64,000 nt of DNA from Vulcanimicrobiota bacterium. Its GTDB lineage: Bacteria; Vulcanimicrobiota; Xenobia; Xenobiales; JADMJV01. The stretch lies in NCBI GenBank assembly GCA_050250895.1, contig JBFWNU010000002.1, forward strand, positions 1 through 64,000, in the 5' to 3' direction. The translations under genes were made by a program, and so were the position numbers. The notes below the pieces were generated by a model. That model saw nothing but the letters and a program-made list of their open reading frames with translations. It was not told the origin of the DNA and made no database searches. The number at the start of each line of letters is the position of its first letter. The stretch's first letter is position 1. Shown here piece by piece: positions 50,986 to 61,531 of this stretch.

Positions 50986-51204
50986 ATGAACGAAGATATT
51001 TTGAAGGGCAAATGGTCCCAGTTAAAGGGTGAGGTCCAGCGTCAGTGGGGCAAGCTCACCAAGGACGATTTGGATGTCATCAAGGGCGATAGTCAGAAGC
51101 TCATGGGGATGCTCCAGGAGCGATATGGCTATGCCAAAGAAGAGGCTGAACGCCACTATGAAGCCTTTCAGCAAGCTCACGCTCCCACCAGGACTGACGG
51201 TTAG
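50986..51204 (+). CDS. CsbD-family stress protein
   Basis: MNEDILKGKWSQLKGEVQRQWGKLTKDDL and an AAGGAGG RBS. Confidence 0.92.
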   Translation: MNEDILKGKWSQLKGEVQRQWGKLTKDDLDVIKGDSQKLMGMLQERYGYAKEEAERHYEAFQQAHAPTRTDG

Positions 51205-51269
51205 GGCTCGTCTTGGGTAAAAGCCTCGCCATCACGGCCGGCTATCCGGGTCCTCTCGCCCCCGTACCT

Positions 51270-54200
51270 CTAGAGCGGCTGACTGTCGGGTTCGCCGGGC
51301 GGAGCCTGGAGCAGCGTCGCCAGGATGTCGGCAAGATCCATGAGTTGCTCGACCTCTCCCTGCTCGAAGGCGTCGGGGGTTGCATCGCCCAGCCTTAAGA
51401 CGCCCAGCAAGGTATCCTGATAGGTGAGGGGCAAAGCGACCGACGACTGGTCATTCTGACGCCTCACCAGCGGGGCTAGGAGCCGGCCTTGCCAGTGCAA
51501 TTCTGGGCCGGCACGAAAGCGGCTTTCAGGCCCCTTCGGCGACAGCTCCAGCTCTGACCAGGCGTAGCCTGCTTCTTCTGTCAGCCAGCCGCACAGTTGC
51601 TCGGTCAGTTCCTGTTGAGGGCAGCCGCGAGCTATTGCGAGGGCTAGCCTGGCGAGTACCTTTTGCAGTCCTCGGGCCTGGATTAGAGCCCGGTGGGGAT
51701 GGGACTGATGGCGCTGGCCCTCAGGGTCGACCAGCACTGCCACTAACCCGCTGGGCTCGCCCCCCTCGCGGCCAACCGCCGTAACGTCTAGGGACCAGCG
51801 TTGTAGTGTCCCGTCGGGGCCAGAGTGAAAATAATCCTGCTTCCAGGTGTCTCCGGCCCGCAGCGTGGCCCAGAAATCCTCTAGCGGATGCTCCACAAAA
51901 GGCGGACGACACCCAACCGGCCAGTTAACGGCGGCGGCCGGGTTGGCGTAGAGCACGATTCCCTCGGCATCGGTCAAAAGGGTCGCTGCCGGGCTATTTT
52001 CAACCGTGAGGGAATGAACTCGCAGGCCTTCCTGGACTTGCTTTTGGGAGGTGATATTGAGGAAGGTCAAGACCACCCCCTCGATCACGTTCCCAGAGGT
52101 GCGGTAGGGGAGGATAGACATAGCGTACCAGAGCCCATCCCGGTCCTGGACCTCGCGGTGGCGCGAGGAGAGAGTGCGCAGTACACCTTCCACTTCGGCT
52201 ACCAATCGCTGCTGACTGAAATCTAGACGCGAGGTGATGTCGCCGAAATGCCGTCCCTGGTCGGCGGGAATCAGATGAATGACGCGGCCGGCCGCTGGCG
52301 TATAGCGGGTAATCCGCAACTCGTTATCGAGAAACACGACGGCGATTTCCAGGCTGCTGAGCAGGTTGCTGAGCAGGTTGCTGAGGTCATCGTTGGACCG
52401 CGTCGACTCCTCGATCTTTGTCTGCAACTCCGAGTTGAGGGTAATCAATTCCTCGTTGACCGACTGCAACTCTTCGCGCGAAGTCTCTAGCTCTTCGACC
52501 GTGCTCTGGAGCTCTTCGTTGGCCGACTGCAACTCTTCGTTGGTGGACTGTAGCTCCTCATTGGTGGTCTCCAACTCCTCGATGGTCGTCCTTAGATACT
52601 CTCGGGTGGCGTGAAGCTCTTTCTCTAACTCCAGCAACTGGTCTGCCCCGGCCGCCTCGAGCCGCTCATGGCCGTGGGGCGCAAGGACTTCCACCTCGGT
52701 TCGTGCCGGCTCACTTTGAAAGAGAATCAGTAACCGGGTCGCCGGCAACTCATCCTCGTCCTCGAGGGGTTCCACCGTCACCCTCACCCTCTGTGAAAGC
52801 CCTCCGCTCACAAGATAAACGCTGCGGGAGGTCAAGGGCCGCCCATCGGCCCTCACTCGAGTAACGATGGACATCATCTCGGGTCGGAGCTCTTCGCGGG
52901 TCATATTGAGCAAGTGCAGGTCGGTCTTGCCCCTCAGCGGCTCGAGGAAAGGAGCCGTCATGCCGTGGGTATAGAGGATTTCGCCACGGGCGTCAACCAC
53001 CAGGGCCGGAGGACAGTGGCGGGTCAGCAATTTGCGCTCTAGCAATTCTCGCAGGGGCCTTTTGGTCGGGACCTTGCGGGTGGCCATGGCCACCGCTGTT
53101 CGTTGTCTGGGAATCAGCGTCAGGGCGGCGCGAACCGAAGCATCGCCAACGCGTTGGTAGATCTTCCACTTCTTATCGATGGGGCGAAACAGGTGCTCGC
53201 AACCACCCACCGATTCGGAGTTGCCCAGGAAAAGGTAGCCCTCGGGTTTGAGAGCGTAGTGGAATAGCTCGATCACTTTCTGCTGGAGATCTGGTCTTAG
53301 ATAGATCAGCAGGTTGCGGCAGCTGATCAGATCGAGGTGGGAGAACGGCGCATCCTTAATCACGCTGTGCTCGGAGAAGACGATCGGCTCTCGCAGCAAA
53401 GGCTTCACGCGGTAGCCGCCCTCTCCCTTTTGGAAGAATTTGTTGAGGCGAGCCTCGGATACATCCAGGGCGATTCCGGTAGGATACTCCCCTTCGCGGG
53501 CCCGCTGCAAAGCGTCGTGATCGATATCGCTTGCGAAAAGCGCCAGTCTGAGGCGGCGATCTAGGGACTCCAAGCGCTCCTGAGCGAGGATGGCCAGAGA
53601 ATAGACTTCTTCGCCGGTGGAGCAACCCACCACCCAGATCCTGACCGGGTCAGTCGCCGACCGGTCCGGGTGGATGAGGGCCGGCAAGACCGACTTTTCC
53701 ACCGCAGCAAATGCCTCAGGGTTCCGAAAGAAACTGGTCACTCCGATCAGGAGTTCACGATGGAGCCTCTCCAGCTCGTGCGGGTGACTTTGTAGAAAGA
53801 GCAGATAGTCATCCGGAGAATCCACACGGTTGACCATCATCCGTCGCTCGATCCGTCGCCCCACCGTGTTGTCCTTGTAGCCTGAAAAGTCGTGACCGGT
53901 GTGGTCCCGAAGCAACAAGAGCGCCTTGGCGTAAGAAGTTTTGGAGGCTTTGGCCCGGCTAATTCTCAGCCGGACCCTGTCGCCACCAAAGTGAGCCGCT
54001 AGTTGGCCAGGCATCTGCCCGGGTTCGAGGGTATAGTCTATCAGTCCGGTCTGCAGGGCGTTGCGTGGCATGCTGTCATACGCGGCTCCGCAAGGGTCCT
54101 GCACCATGGTCAATCCGCCGGCGGCGTGGATGTCGGCCAAACCCAGAGTTCCGTCGGAGCCCGCTCCGGAGAGCACGACTCCGGCCCCCAGTTCGGCACA

Positions 54201-54554
54201 GTCATGGGCCAGGGAGCGGAAGAAGACGTCGATAGGCAGTCGCACCGATCGCTCGCTGCGTTGTCGGGGCAAGGTGTAGAGATGGCCTTCGGCCAGGGTC
54301 AGGTACTGGCCCGGGGGAATCACGTAAATGTGGTCGGCCAGAACCGCTACGCCATCCTCGGCCTCGGTGACCGGAAGTTCGGTCCATCTGGCCACCAGGG
54401 TGGTCAGCAGGCTGGGATGAGTGGGTTCTAGATGTTGAATCAAGACGAAGGCGGCGCCGCTCCCTTCGGGGATAGCGCGAATGAACTCCTCGAACGCCTC
54501 GAGGCCCCCGGCCGAGGCTCCAACCCCCACCACCGGAAAAGATGTCTTCGTCAT
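51270..54554 (-). CDS. CheB-CheR fusion with coiled coil, PAS and GAF-like domains
   Basis: GASAGG, SGAGSDG, GCSTGEEVYS, CRNLLIY and repeated NEELQS. Confidence 0.93.
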   Translation of the reverse strand: MTKTSFPVVGVGASAGGLEAFEEFIRAIPEGSGAAFVLIQHLEPTHPSLLTTLVARWTELPVTEAEDGVAVLADHIYVIPPGQYLTLAEGHLYTLPRQRSERSVRLPIDVFFRSLAHDCAELGAGVVLSGAGSDGTLGLADIHAAGGLTMVQDPCGAAYDSMPRNALQTGLIDYTLEPGQMPGQLAAHFGGDRVRLRISRAKASKTSYAKALLLLRDHTGHDFSGYKDNTVGRRIERRMMVNRVDSPDDYLLFLQSHPHELERLHRELLIGVTSFFRNPEAFAAVEKSVLPALIHPDRSATDPVRIWVVGCSTGEEVYSLAILAQERLESLDRRLRLALFASDIDHDALQRAREGEYPTGIALDVSEARLNKFFQKGEGGYRVKPLLREPIVFSEHSVIKDAPFSHLDLISCRNLLIYLRPDLQQKVIELFHYALKPEGYLFLGNSESVGGCEHLFRPIDKKWKIYQRVGDASVRAALTLIPRQRTAVAMATRKVPTKRPLRELLERKLLTRHCPPALVVDARGEILYTHGMTAPFLEPLRGKTDLHLLNMTREELRPEMMSIVTRVRADGRPLTSRSVYLVSGGLSQRVRVTVEPLEDEDELPATRLLILFQSEPARTEVEVLAPHGHERLEAAGADQLLELEKELHATREYLRTTIEELETTNEELQSTNEELQSANEELQSTVEELETSREELQSVNEELITLNSELQTKIEESTRSNDDLSNLLSNLLSSLEIAVVFLDNELRITRYTPAAGRVIHLIPADQGRHFGDITSRLDFSQQRLVAEVEGVLRTLSSRHREVQDRDGLWYAMSILPYRTSGNVIEGVVLTFLNITSQKQVQEGLRVHSLTVENSPAATLLTDAEGIVLYANPAAAVNWPVGCRPPFVEHPLEDFWATLRAGDTWKQDYFHSGPDGTLQRWSLDVTAVGREGGEPSGLVAVLVDPEGQRHQSHPHRALIQARGLQKVLARLALAIARGCPQQELTEQLCGWLTEEAGYAWSELELSPKGPESRFRAGPELHWQGRLLAPLVRRQNDQSSVALPLTYQDTLLGVLRLGDATPDAFEQGEVEQLMDLADILATLLQAPPGEPDSQPL

Positions 54555-54559
54555 GGGGG

Positions 54560-56674
54560 CTAAGCCTCCACCGGGCTCAGACTGGGCACCTTCGGAAATA
54601 GGACGCGCACGGTCGTACCCCGGCCGGGGTTGCTCATTACCGACACCTCGCCGTCATGGCTCTTGGCGATGTCTAGCACCTCGGATAGACCTAGACCACG
54701 GCAGTTGGGTTCAGTGGTAAAGAACGGTTCGAAGATGCGGGCTCGGGTGGCCGCATCCATGCCCGCGCCCGTGTCGGCTACCTCTAGATAGGCCAGCTCC
54801 TGACCGTTATGGCGGACCACCCCGCTGCTCAGGGTAATACGCCCCGATTTGGGTTTGATAGCCCGCCCGGCATTCTCCAGCAAATTGTCGACCAGGATAG
54901 CCAGCCGAGCAGGGTCGGCTAACACTTCGGCCCCCCTCGCTAGCGGAAGAAACTCGAGGGTGGCGGGCGCGACCTCACAACGCAGAGAAGGGAGCAAATT
55001 GGCCAGGAGTTCGTCGAGTATTACCGGTTGCTGCTGTCGATGTTCTGGAAAGGCAGCTTGTTGGCATAGCTCGGCGGCCTGTCGCCCGGCTGCTGCGATT
55101 CGTCCGGCCGGCTCGCGTTGGGCGCTGTCGACGGGCAAATCCGTGAGCAGGGTGGCCGCATTCTGTCTAATCTCCTCAAGCCGGGCCATCAAGGGCGGCG
55201 TCACCGGGCCCAGGTGGCGAGCCTGAGTTTCTCGTCGGTGAGCAAGGTCGAGGCGCGCCTGCAGCCTGGCCTGGCTCTCGCGAGCCTGACATAGCAAACT
55301 GATATCGGTTACGGCCAGGCGACGCTCTCTGCCCTGGTCGGCCGGACGCCCCTCCAGCCGGGCCCAGAACCAGCCGGGTTGAGCTTCACGGAGCATCTGG
55401 ACGTCGCCAGGATGGTGAGCCTGCCATTGCTTGCGGAACTTTGGTCTGAGAAGCAATGGGAGAGGTGTGCCCAGCAGTTCCTCGCGGGACCGCCCCAGCA
55501 TGGACGAGACGGTGAGGTTGGCGGCCACCACCAACCCCTCAGAGTCGACTTCAAGATAGCCGATGGGGGCGTGCTGGTAGAGGTCACGGTAGCGGTCGCG
55601 CGCGGCTTCTAGTTCGCCCTGAGCCACCTGGAGCTGCTCGTTCTGGAGCTCCAACTCTAATTGGCGCACCTGCAATTCGTGAAGCAGACCCCCCAGTTCT
55701 TCGGGGCTCATTTCGGCCGCCTCGGCCGCCTCGGCCGGCTCGGAGGGGCGCTTGAGCAAGAGCGCTTGAGCCCGCTCTTTTAGCCGGGAGAAACCGATGT
55801 GGCTGGCTGAAAAGCTGAGGGGAACGCGGATCTCGACGGTCGAACCGCGTCCGGGCCTACTTACGATCGAACATCGACCGCCCAACAGAGTAGCCCGCTC
55901 TCGAAGCGAGGCCAGCCCGATGTGAGACCCGGCCTGCAGAGTGCGCCCTACCTCAAAGCCACGGCCCCGGTCCTCGACTCTGACCCAGGCCTCCTCGTCG
56001 GATTGTCCCAATGATATTCGCGCCTTCTTGGCGCCTGAGTGCTTGATCACGTTTCGGACGCACTCCTGGGTCACGCGGTAGAGGTTGCTGCGAATGGCCG
56101 GAGGGAATGAATCGCCCGGGAGAAGGTGGTTGTCGAATTCGAACTCGAGGGTGGACTCCCTGGTCATTCGCTCCAGGAACTGCCGGATAGCCTGGGCCAG
56201 GCTCATCGCCTCGGCGGAGGGCCGCAGCTCCTCGAGCAGCTTGCGTCCCTCGCGGCTGGCCTCGATGAGACAGTCGTCCACGCTCACCAGTTGCTCATAC
56301 TCGACCGTAGCGCGAGCGACTCTCGAGAGCACTCTCCCGAGCACCATCCGGGCGGCGATGATGCACTGCAAAACACCGTCGTGGACCTCTCGCGAGAGAC
56401 TGCTTCGTTCTTCTTCGCGAGCCTCGACCAGGCGTTCAGAAAGGGAACGATCGCGGTCGGTCGGTCCTTCGACTTTGAAGGTGATCAAGCGCATCTCGAC
56501 TCCGTCGACAAGATGACGCGCCGAGGTCCAATCGAAGGACCTGGTGAGTTCGGTGGGGCCTTCGCGGAAAAGCTCTTGATAGGCGCGGTTACAGTAAACT
56601 GCCGGGTGGCCTTCGGCCAGGACCACCGCCGGGCCGGACGTTTGATCGGCCAGGGCCTGCATTGAGGGGTTCAT
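54560..56674 (-). CDS. HisKA_3 kinase-PAS-degenerate second kinase fusion
   Basis: ERSSLSREVHDGVLQ, HATPase, LHELQVRQLELELQNEQL, PAS and a second HATPase (IFEPFFTT, GLGL) with no recognisable H-box. Confidence 0.85.
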   Translation of the reverse strand: MNPSMQALADQTSGPAVVLAEGHPAVYCNRAYQELFREGPTELTRSFDWTSARHLVDGVEMRLITFKVEGPTDRDRSLSERLVEAREEERSSLSREVHDGVLQCIIAARMVLGRVLSRVARATVEYEQLVSVDDCLIEASREGRKLLEELRPSAEAMSLAQAIRQFLERMTRESTLEFEFDNHLLPGDSFPPAIRSNLYRVTQECVRNVIKHSGAKKARISLGQSDEEAWVRVEDRGRGFEVGRTLQAGSHIGLASLRERATLLGGRCSIVSRPGRGSTVEIRVPLSFSASHIGFSRLKERAQALLLKRPSEPAEAAEAAEMSPEELGGLLHELQVRQLELELQNEQLQVAQGELEAARDRYRDLYQHAPIGYLEVDSEGLVVAANLTVSSMLGRSREELLGTPLPLLLRPKFRKQWQAHHPGDVQMLREAQPGWFWARLEGRPADQGRERRLAVTDISLLCQARESQARLQARLDLAHRRETQARHLGPVTPPLMARLEEIRQNAATLLTDLPVDSAQREPAGRIAAAGRQAAELCQQAAFPEHRQQQPVILDELLANLLPSLRCEVAPATLEFLPLARGAEVLADPARLAILVDNLLENAGRAIKPKSGRITLSSGVVRHNGQELAYLEVADTGAGMDAATRARIFEPFFTTEPNCRGLGLSEVLDIAKSHDGEVSVMSNPGRGTTVRVLFPKVPSLSPVEA

Positions 56675-56889
56675 CAATAGCCCCTTCCTGACCGCAACGG
56701 TCGAACTCGCCGATTGGAATCTCTCAAGCCAGATTTCAAGCCGTCGAGGCCGAATGCCTCTACGGCCTCCCAAAGTTTGCGGGCTGGCTCCATAATCGCT
56801 ACCCGAAGGCCTCGCCAGGTACGCAAATATGCCGTCGCAGTACAGGTATACTGCGTCGGCGGCCGCCGTGCGGCGAGAACTGATCGGCG

Positions 56890-57105
56890 TTACTTGGGTT
56901 TTCGCGAGAATAGATGATAGGTCGGATTTGGCTCCGTGGAGCGGTGCTCCTCCGGTGGCTCGTCTGGCCGACTCGCTTCTACTAGTCGAAGCGCCACTCC
57001 AACCAGCGACACTACGAGCAGGATATGGACATACCAGCCCAGCAACCCGCTAATCATTCCCAATAACCACAACGCCAGGAGAATTCCCAGGACAGTGTTT
57101 GACAT
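56890..57105 (-). CDS. Small membrane protein (lmo0937/DUF5670-like)
   Basis: ILLALWLLG....G..VHILLV. Confidence 0.7.
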   Translation of the reverse strand: MSNTVLGILLALWLLGMISGLLGWYVHILLVVSLVGVALRLVEASRPDEPPEEHRSTEPNPTYHLFSRKPK

Positions 57106-57212
57106 AGGTCGACCTCTTCCGCGAGCCGTTCGCTCTGAAACGGACTCGTACTGAGCTTAGACCCTCTGGGGAGGCAAACATAGGCATTTTGTAATGCCTA
57201 TTCAGTAACCGA

Positions 57213-57230
57213 ATACCTTGATTAGGGTAT
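57213..57230. promoter_or_regulatory. Palindrome ATACCTT-gatt-AGGGTAT, candidate response-regulator site
   Basis: Same arms and spacing as 50800-50817. A second palindrome TAGGCATT-ttgt-AATGCCTA lies at 57181-57200. Confidence 0.5.
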
Positions 57231-57342
57231 CGGGAACCTTTGGTGGGTAGCGAGGGTCTGCTAGGCTCTTGGTAGAGCGGCTCTCGATCCCGGGGCCCAC
57301 AACCCTGATGAGGGAAGTTCTTTCAAGGAGAAGCACATCGTT

Positions 57343-57867
<525 letters not shown>

Positions 57868-57868
57868 G

Positions 57869-59689
57869 TCAGCCGTCTGGTCCCAGGTCTTTGTTCGGGG
57901 GAGGAGTCAGGGCCAGCACTCTGTCGCCGGGTCGCGAACGAGCGGCCGAGTCGCTAGAGACCACCTCCCAACTCCCGTCTTCTCTCAAGACGAAGAGCGG
58001 GGCGGCCGAAGAAGTCGCTTCGTGTTGGTCCTGCAGTTCCAGGACTTCTGGTCGCCAGCCTTGCTCCCAGGCCTGTTCGAACTCTCCTTGCGTTAGGCGC
58101 GAGAATTGACGCCCTACCGCCCCCGGATTCTGGTCCTGGCTGCAAAGGCGAAAGACGTGACTCCGCCCGAGCCCCTGGCGGTAGCGCAAGACGGCCAGTG
58201 TGTTTACCTGTTCATTTGGGGTGAGCGCGATGACTGTGGCCACTCCCGCGATGTCCAAGCGCAGTCTGAGGGCTTCACTCAGGATATCACCCTGGTGGGC
58301 GGAAAGCCCCTCCAGGGTGGCTAGAGCGACATTGTAAGCACTCGAGTCTACCAGGCAGACCTCGACTCCTTCGTCATGCAGCAGCCGCGCCAGGGCTCGG
58401 GCCGGCTCGTGGCTGCCTACCAGCAAAAGGGTTCCGAGTCCGGAGCTGGTCAAGCCCAGGAGGCGGGACAGCGGTCCCGCCAGCAGTCCCGAGAAGGCCG
58501 CGTTGGCGGCGATGACCAGAAAGGTGATGGTCACGAGATCCTCGGCCCTCGGGTAGCCTAGCACACCCAACTCAAGGGCGAACACGGAGGCTACCGCGGC
58601 AGCTACAATACCGCGGGGACCGATACACGCGAGCAGCAACCTCTCTCGCCAGCTGAGGCCGCTTCCCAGGGTGGCTATCAGGACGGCCGCCGGTCTCAGG
58701 CAGAAGATGACCACCACCACGAATAGGAACCAGCGGGCCTGGGAGGTCATCAGAGACTCCCATTTCAGACGTGCCGTGAGGGTGATGAACAGGATGGAGA
58801 TCAAAAGGACGCTGAGGTTCTCTTTGAATTCCATCAGGTGGCTCAATTCCAGTCCCTTTTGGTGGGCGAGGTACATTCCAAGCAGGGTCACCGAGAGCAG
58901 CCCGCTCTGCGGCTGTAGGCGATCGCTGAGCGCGAACAAGAGGAGCACCAGGCCGAGCACCAGGGGGGCCTGCAGGTGATCAGGGATCCAATAACGTCGT
59001 AGGCAGCGGGCCAGGGGCCAACCAACAGCCAGAGCCCCGATGACTCCGATGACCAGGGTCCTCAGCACGCCACCCGCTGCGATCACGCCTGCTTGAGCCA
59101 GGCTGCCAGAGCGGATCCCTTCAAAAACCAGCAGGGCCAATACTGCACCCATAGGGTCATTGAGCATGCCCTCCCAGCGCAACAAAGAGCCTACTCTGCC
59201 TCCCAGACCCACCTGGCGAAGCATAGGTAGTATGACGGTTGGACCTGTGACCACCAGGACCGCTCCCAGCAGCAAAGCGACTTCAAAGGACAGGCCGAGC
59301 AAAACGATTGCCGCTGCCGTCGCGCCGGCCCAGGTCACCAGCGAACCGAGAAGCACTAACCGCCAGACGCTGTGAGCCAGGTCTGGTTCTCTGAGGTCGA
59401 TCATTCTCAGGTTCAGGCCTCCCTCAAAGAGAATGACCGCGACCCCTAGCGCCACCATCGGATGCAGAAGCTCTCCGACCATCCGGTCGGGATCGAGCCA
59501 GCCCGTCACCGGGCCTGCCAGTAGGCCGGTGCCAAGCAAGGTCAATATGGCTGGCCAGCGCATTTTCCAGGCCAGCCATTGGGAGCAGACTCCCAGCAGA
59601 AGGATCGAGGCCAGGGGGAGCAGCGGGTAGGGCTCTACGACCCCCAGAACCAGGCTCCGCGCGCAATTGGTAATAAGCGATCCCAACAA
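57869..59689 (-). CDS. CPA1 cation:proton antiporter with TrkA-N-like domain
   Basis: ILFEGGL, VTGPTVI, WEGMLNDP and GPRGIVAAAV. The start may be slightly downstream. Confidence 0.9.
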   Translation of the reverse strand: MLGSLITNCARSLVLGVVEPYPLLPLASILLLGVCSQWLAWKMRWPAILTLLGTGLLAGPVTGWLDPDRMVGELLHPMVALGVAVILFEGGLNLRMIDLREPDLAHSVWRLVLLGSLVTWAGATAAAIVLLGLSFEVALLLGAVLVVTGPTVILPMLRQVGLGGRVGSLLRWEGMLNDPMGAVLALLVFEGIRSGSLAQAGVIAAGGVLRTLVIGVIGALAVGWPLARCLRRYWIPDHLQAPLVLGLVLLLFALSDRLQPQSGLLSVTLLGMYLAHQKGLELSHLMEFKENLSVLLISILFITLTARLKWESLMTSQARWFLFVVVVIFCLRPAAVLIATLGSGLSWRERLLLACIGPRGIVAAAVASVFALELGVLGYPRAEDLVTITFLVIAANAAFSGLLAGPLSRLLGLTSSGLGTLLLVGSHEPARALARLLHDEGVEVCLVDSSAYNVALATLEGLSAHQGDILSEALRLRLDIAGVATVIALTPNEQVNTLAVLRYRQGLGRSHVFRLCSQDQNPGAVGRQFSRLTQGEFEQAWEQGWRPEVLELQDQHEATSSAAPLFVLREDGSWEVVSSDSAARSRPGDRVLALTPPPNKDLGPDG

Positions 59690-59912
59690 GGTAGCTCCAT
59701 TCTAAACCGGCAACCGGCAGGAAGAAATATCCGGAGGTCCTCGGCAAGGAGTACTCTTGTACCACGCCACTTCAATCGACCAGCCAGGGATACCATGCAC
59801 CAAAGTACCCCCGGGTCTTCAAGCCGACCCCGGGTTGCTCTATGGTCAAGGAGCGAGGAACCGAAGGTGATCGGGTCTCGCTGCTCTCGCAGAAGAGGCA
59901 TTGGAGGTTAGG

Positions 59913-60191
59913 ATGTCCGTTCTCGGCTGGTTGGTCTTGCTGGTGTTGGCTGCCATAGGCGGTGATATGGCACGCGTGTTCTTTCCCGGGCGACTGCCGG
60001 GGGGATTCCTCGTTGCGATGACGCTGGGGTTCGCGGGAGCCTGGCTTGGCGTCGAAGTGGCGGGTGCCTTCGGGCCGTCTCTGGGCGGGGTGCCCCTGTT
60101 GCCGGCGGTCCTGGGGTCGGTGATTACGGTTGCCTGGGCTTGTCTGGTCTCTGGCAGGGTTCAGACAAAGAAATGCGGAGCGCGTCGCTGA
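59913..60191 (+). CDS. GlsB/YeaQ/YmgE stress-response membrane protein (second paralog)
   Basis: PGGFLVAMTLGFAGAWLG...FGPSLGGV..LPAVLGS, clearly related to 47678-47941. Confidence 0.8.
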   Translation: MSVLGWLVLLVLAAIGGDMARVFFPGRLPGGFLVAMTLGFAGAWLGVEVAGAFGPSLGGVPLLPAVLGSVITVAWACLVSGRVQTKKCGARR

Positions 60192-61426
60192 CCGAGCCGT
60201 CCCTTCATATCGCACACTACACCAATGTGTACAAGCCGGTAATCAATGGCGTGGCCGTCTCGGTCGAGAGCTTTCGCAATAGCTTGCTGGCCAAGGGCCA
60301 TCAGGTCTACGTCTTCGCGCCCGAGTCTCCCGAGCAATTGCCGCCCGAGCGGTTCGTCATTCGCTACCCGGCCTTCGACCTGCCCATTCAGAAGTATCCC
60401 CTGGTGGTGCCGATTTCTCCCTTCGCCGATCTGTTCATCGAAACCGCCATGCCGGATGTCCTCCATGCTCACCATCCGTCGATGCTGGGCCGGGCCGCAG
60501 TCAACCACTCCGAGCGCCATGAACTTCCGCTGGTCTTTAGCTACCACACCCGCTATCATGACTATGCCCACTACGCCCAGCCGTTCCCTAAGGACCGGGT
60601 GCGCGAGCTAATCACTCACTGGCTGGGTCACTTCATGGCTTCCTGCCATCACCTGGTCGTGCCCAGTGAAAGTATCCGAGAGTTAGTGGCCCGAATCTAC
60701 GGTATCGAGAAGCAGGTCTCGGTAGTGGCCACCGGCATCGACCCGGCTCGCTTCGAGCCGGGCAGAAAACTAGAGTTTCGTGGCCGGTTTGGTTGGGAGC
60801 CGGACGAAGTCGTTTTCGTGAGCTGTGGACGCCTGGCCGAGGAGAAGAACTTCGAGTTGCTCCTCAAAGCGTTCTCACTCTTGCCCGAGACCCCTCGCTG
60901 GCGACTGGCGGTGCTGGGGGAGGGTGACCATCGAGGGGCTCTGTTGGCTCTGCGAGATAGCCTCGGCCTTCAGGCGCGCGTCGAGTTTCTGGGACTGATT
61001 GCTTCGTCTCAGGTCCCCAGCTATCTGGCCGCGGCCGACGTGTTCTGCTTCGCCTCGGTGACCGAAACCCAGGGACTGGTCACCCTCGAGGCGATGGCCA
61101 GCGGGGCGGCCGTGGTCGCTGTCGACGCCTCGGGAACCCGAGATGCCGTGGACGACGGCGTGGATGGGCTCCTGACCAGGGTTAGCGCGGATGCGCTCGC
61201 CCAGGGGCTGCGGGCCCTTCTCGAGCAGCCCGAACTCCGCCTGAAGTTGGCCGCCAGCGCCCTGGACAAAGCCCACCAATACCGCCTGGAGAATCAGACC
61301 GATAAGCTGGTCGAGGTCTACCGGTGTGCTCAGGACGCGTGCCGGGCCAGGCGCCGTCTGCACCCCCACCTGCACAGTCACTGGGAGGCTTTTCTCGACT
61401 TCTTCCGGGTCTCTTCACCCTTTTAG
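60173..61426 (+). CDS. GT4 glycosyltransferase (diacylglycerol glucosyltransferase-like)
   Basis: Y.P.INGVAVS, YHTRY, GRLAEEKN and ETQGLVTLEAMASG. Confidence 0.9.
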   Translation: MRSASLTEPSLHIAHYTNVYKPVINGVAVSVESFRNSLLAKGHQVYVFAPESPEQLPPERFVIRYPAFDLPIQKYPLVVPISPFADLFIETAMPDVLHAHHPSMLGRAAVNHSERHELPLVFSYHTRYHDYAHYAQPFPKDRVRELITHWLGHFMASCHHLVVPSESIRELVARIYGIEKQVSVVATGIDPARFEPGRKLEFRGRFGWEPDEVVFVSCGRLAEEKNFELLLKAFSLLPETPRWRLAVLGEGDHRGALLALRDSLGLQARVEFLGLIASSQVPSYLAAADVFCFASVTETQGLVTLEAMASGAAVVAVDASGTRDAVDDGVDGLLTRVSADALAQGLRALLEQPELRLKLAASALDKAHQYRLENQTDKLVEVYRCAQDACRARRRLHPHLHSHWEAFLDFFRVSSPF

Positions 61427-61531
61427 GGAGCACCAAGGCCATTCGCACCTTGCCGAAAAGCGCGACAGACTTGACACATCGTGCTAAGATGCAAGCACTA
61501 TCGCCGTTCACGGCAGTTTGGAAAATTCCCC

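Noticed and set aside
52354-52385. 12-bp tandem duplication (SNLLSNLLS) in cheBR
   Set aside because: A small in-frame slippage with no evidence of function.
56831-56860. Hairpin gccg-tcgcagta...tactgcgt-cggc
   Set aside because: Single occurrence with no U-tract; cannot distinguish a terminator from an operator or chance.
61471-61490. TTGACA and TAAGAT upstream of the helicase
   Set aside because: The spacing is only 8 nt, so it is not a canonical sigma70 pair.
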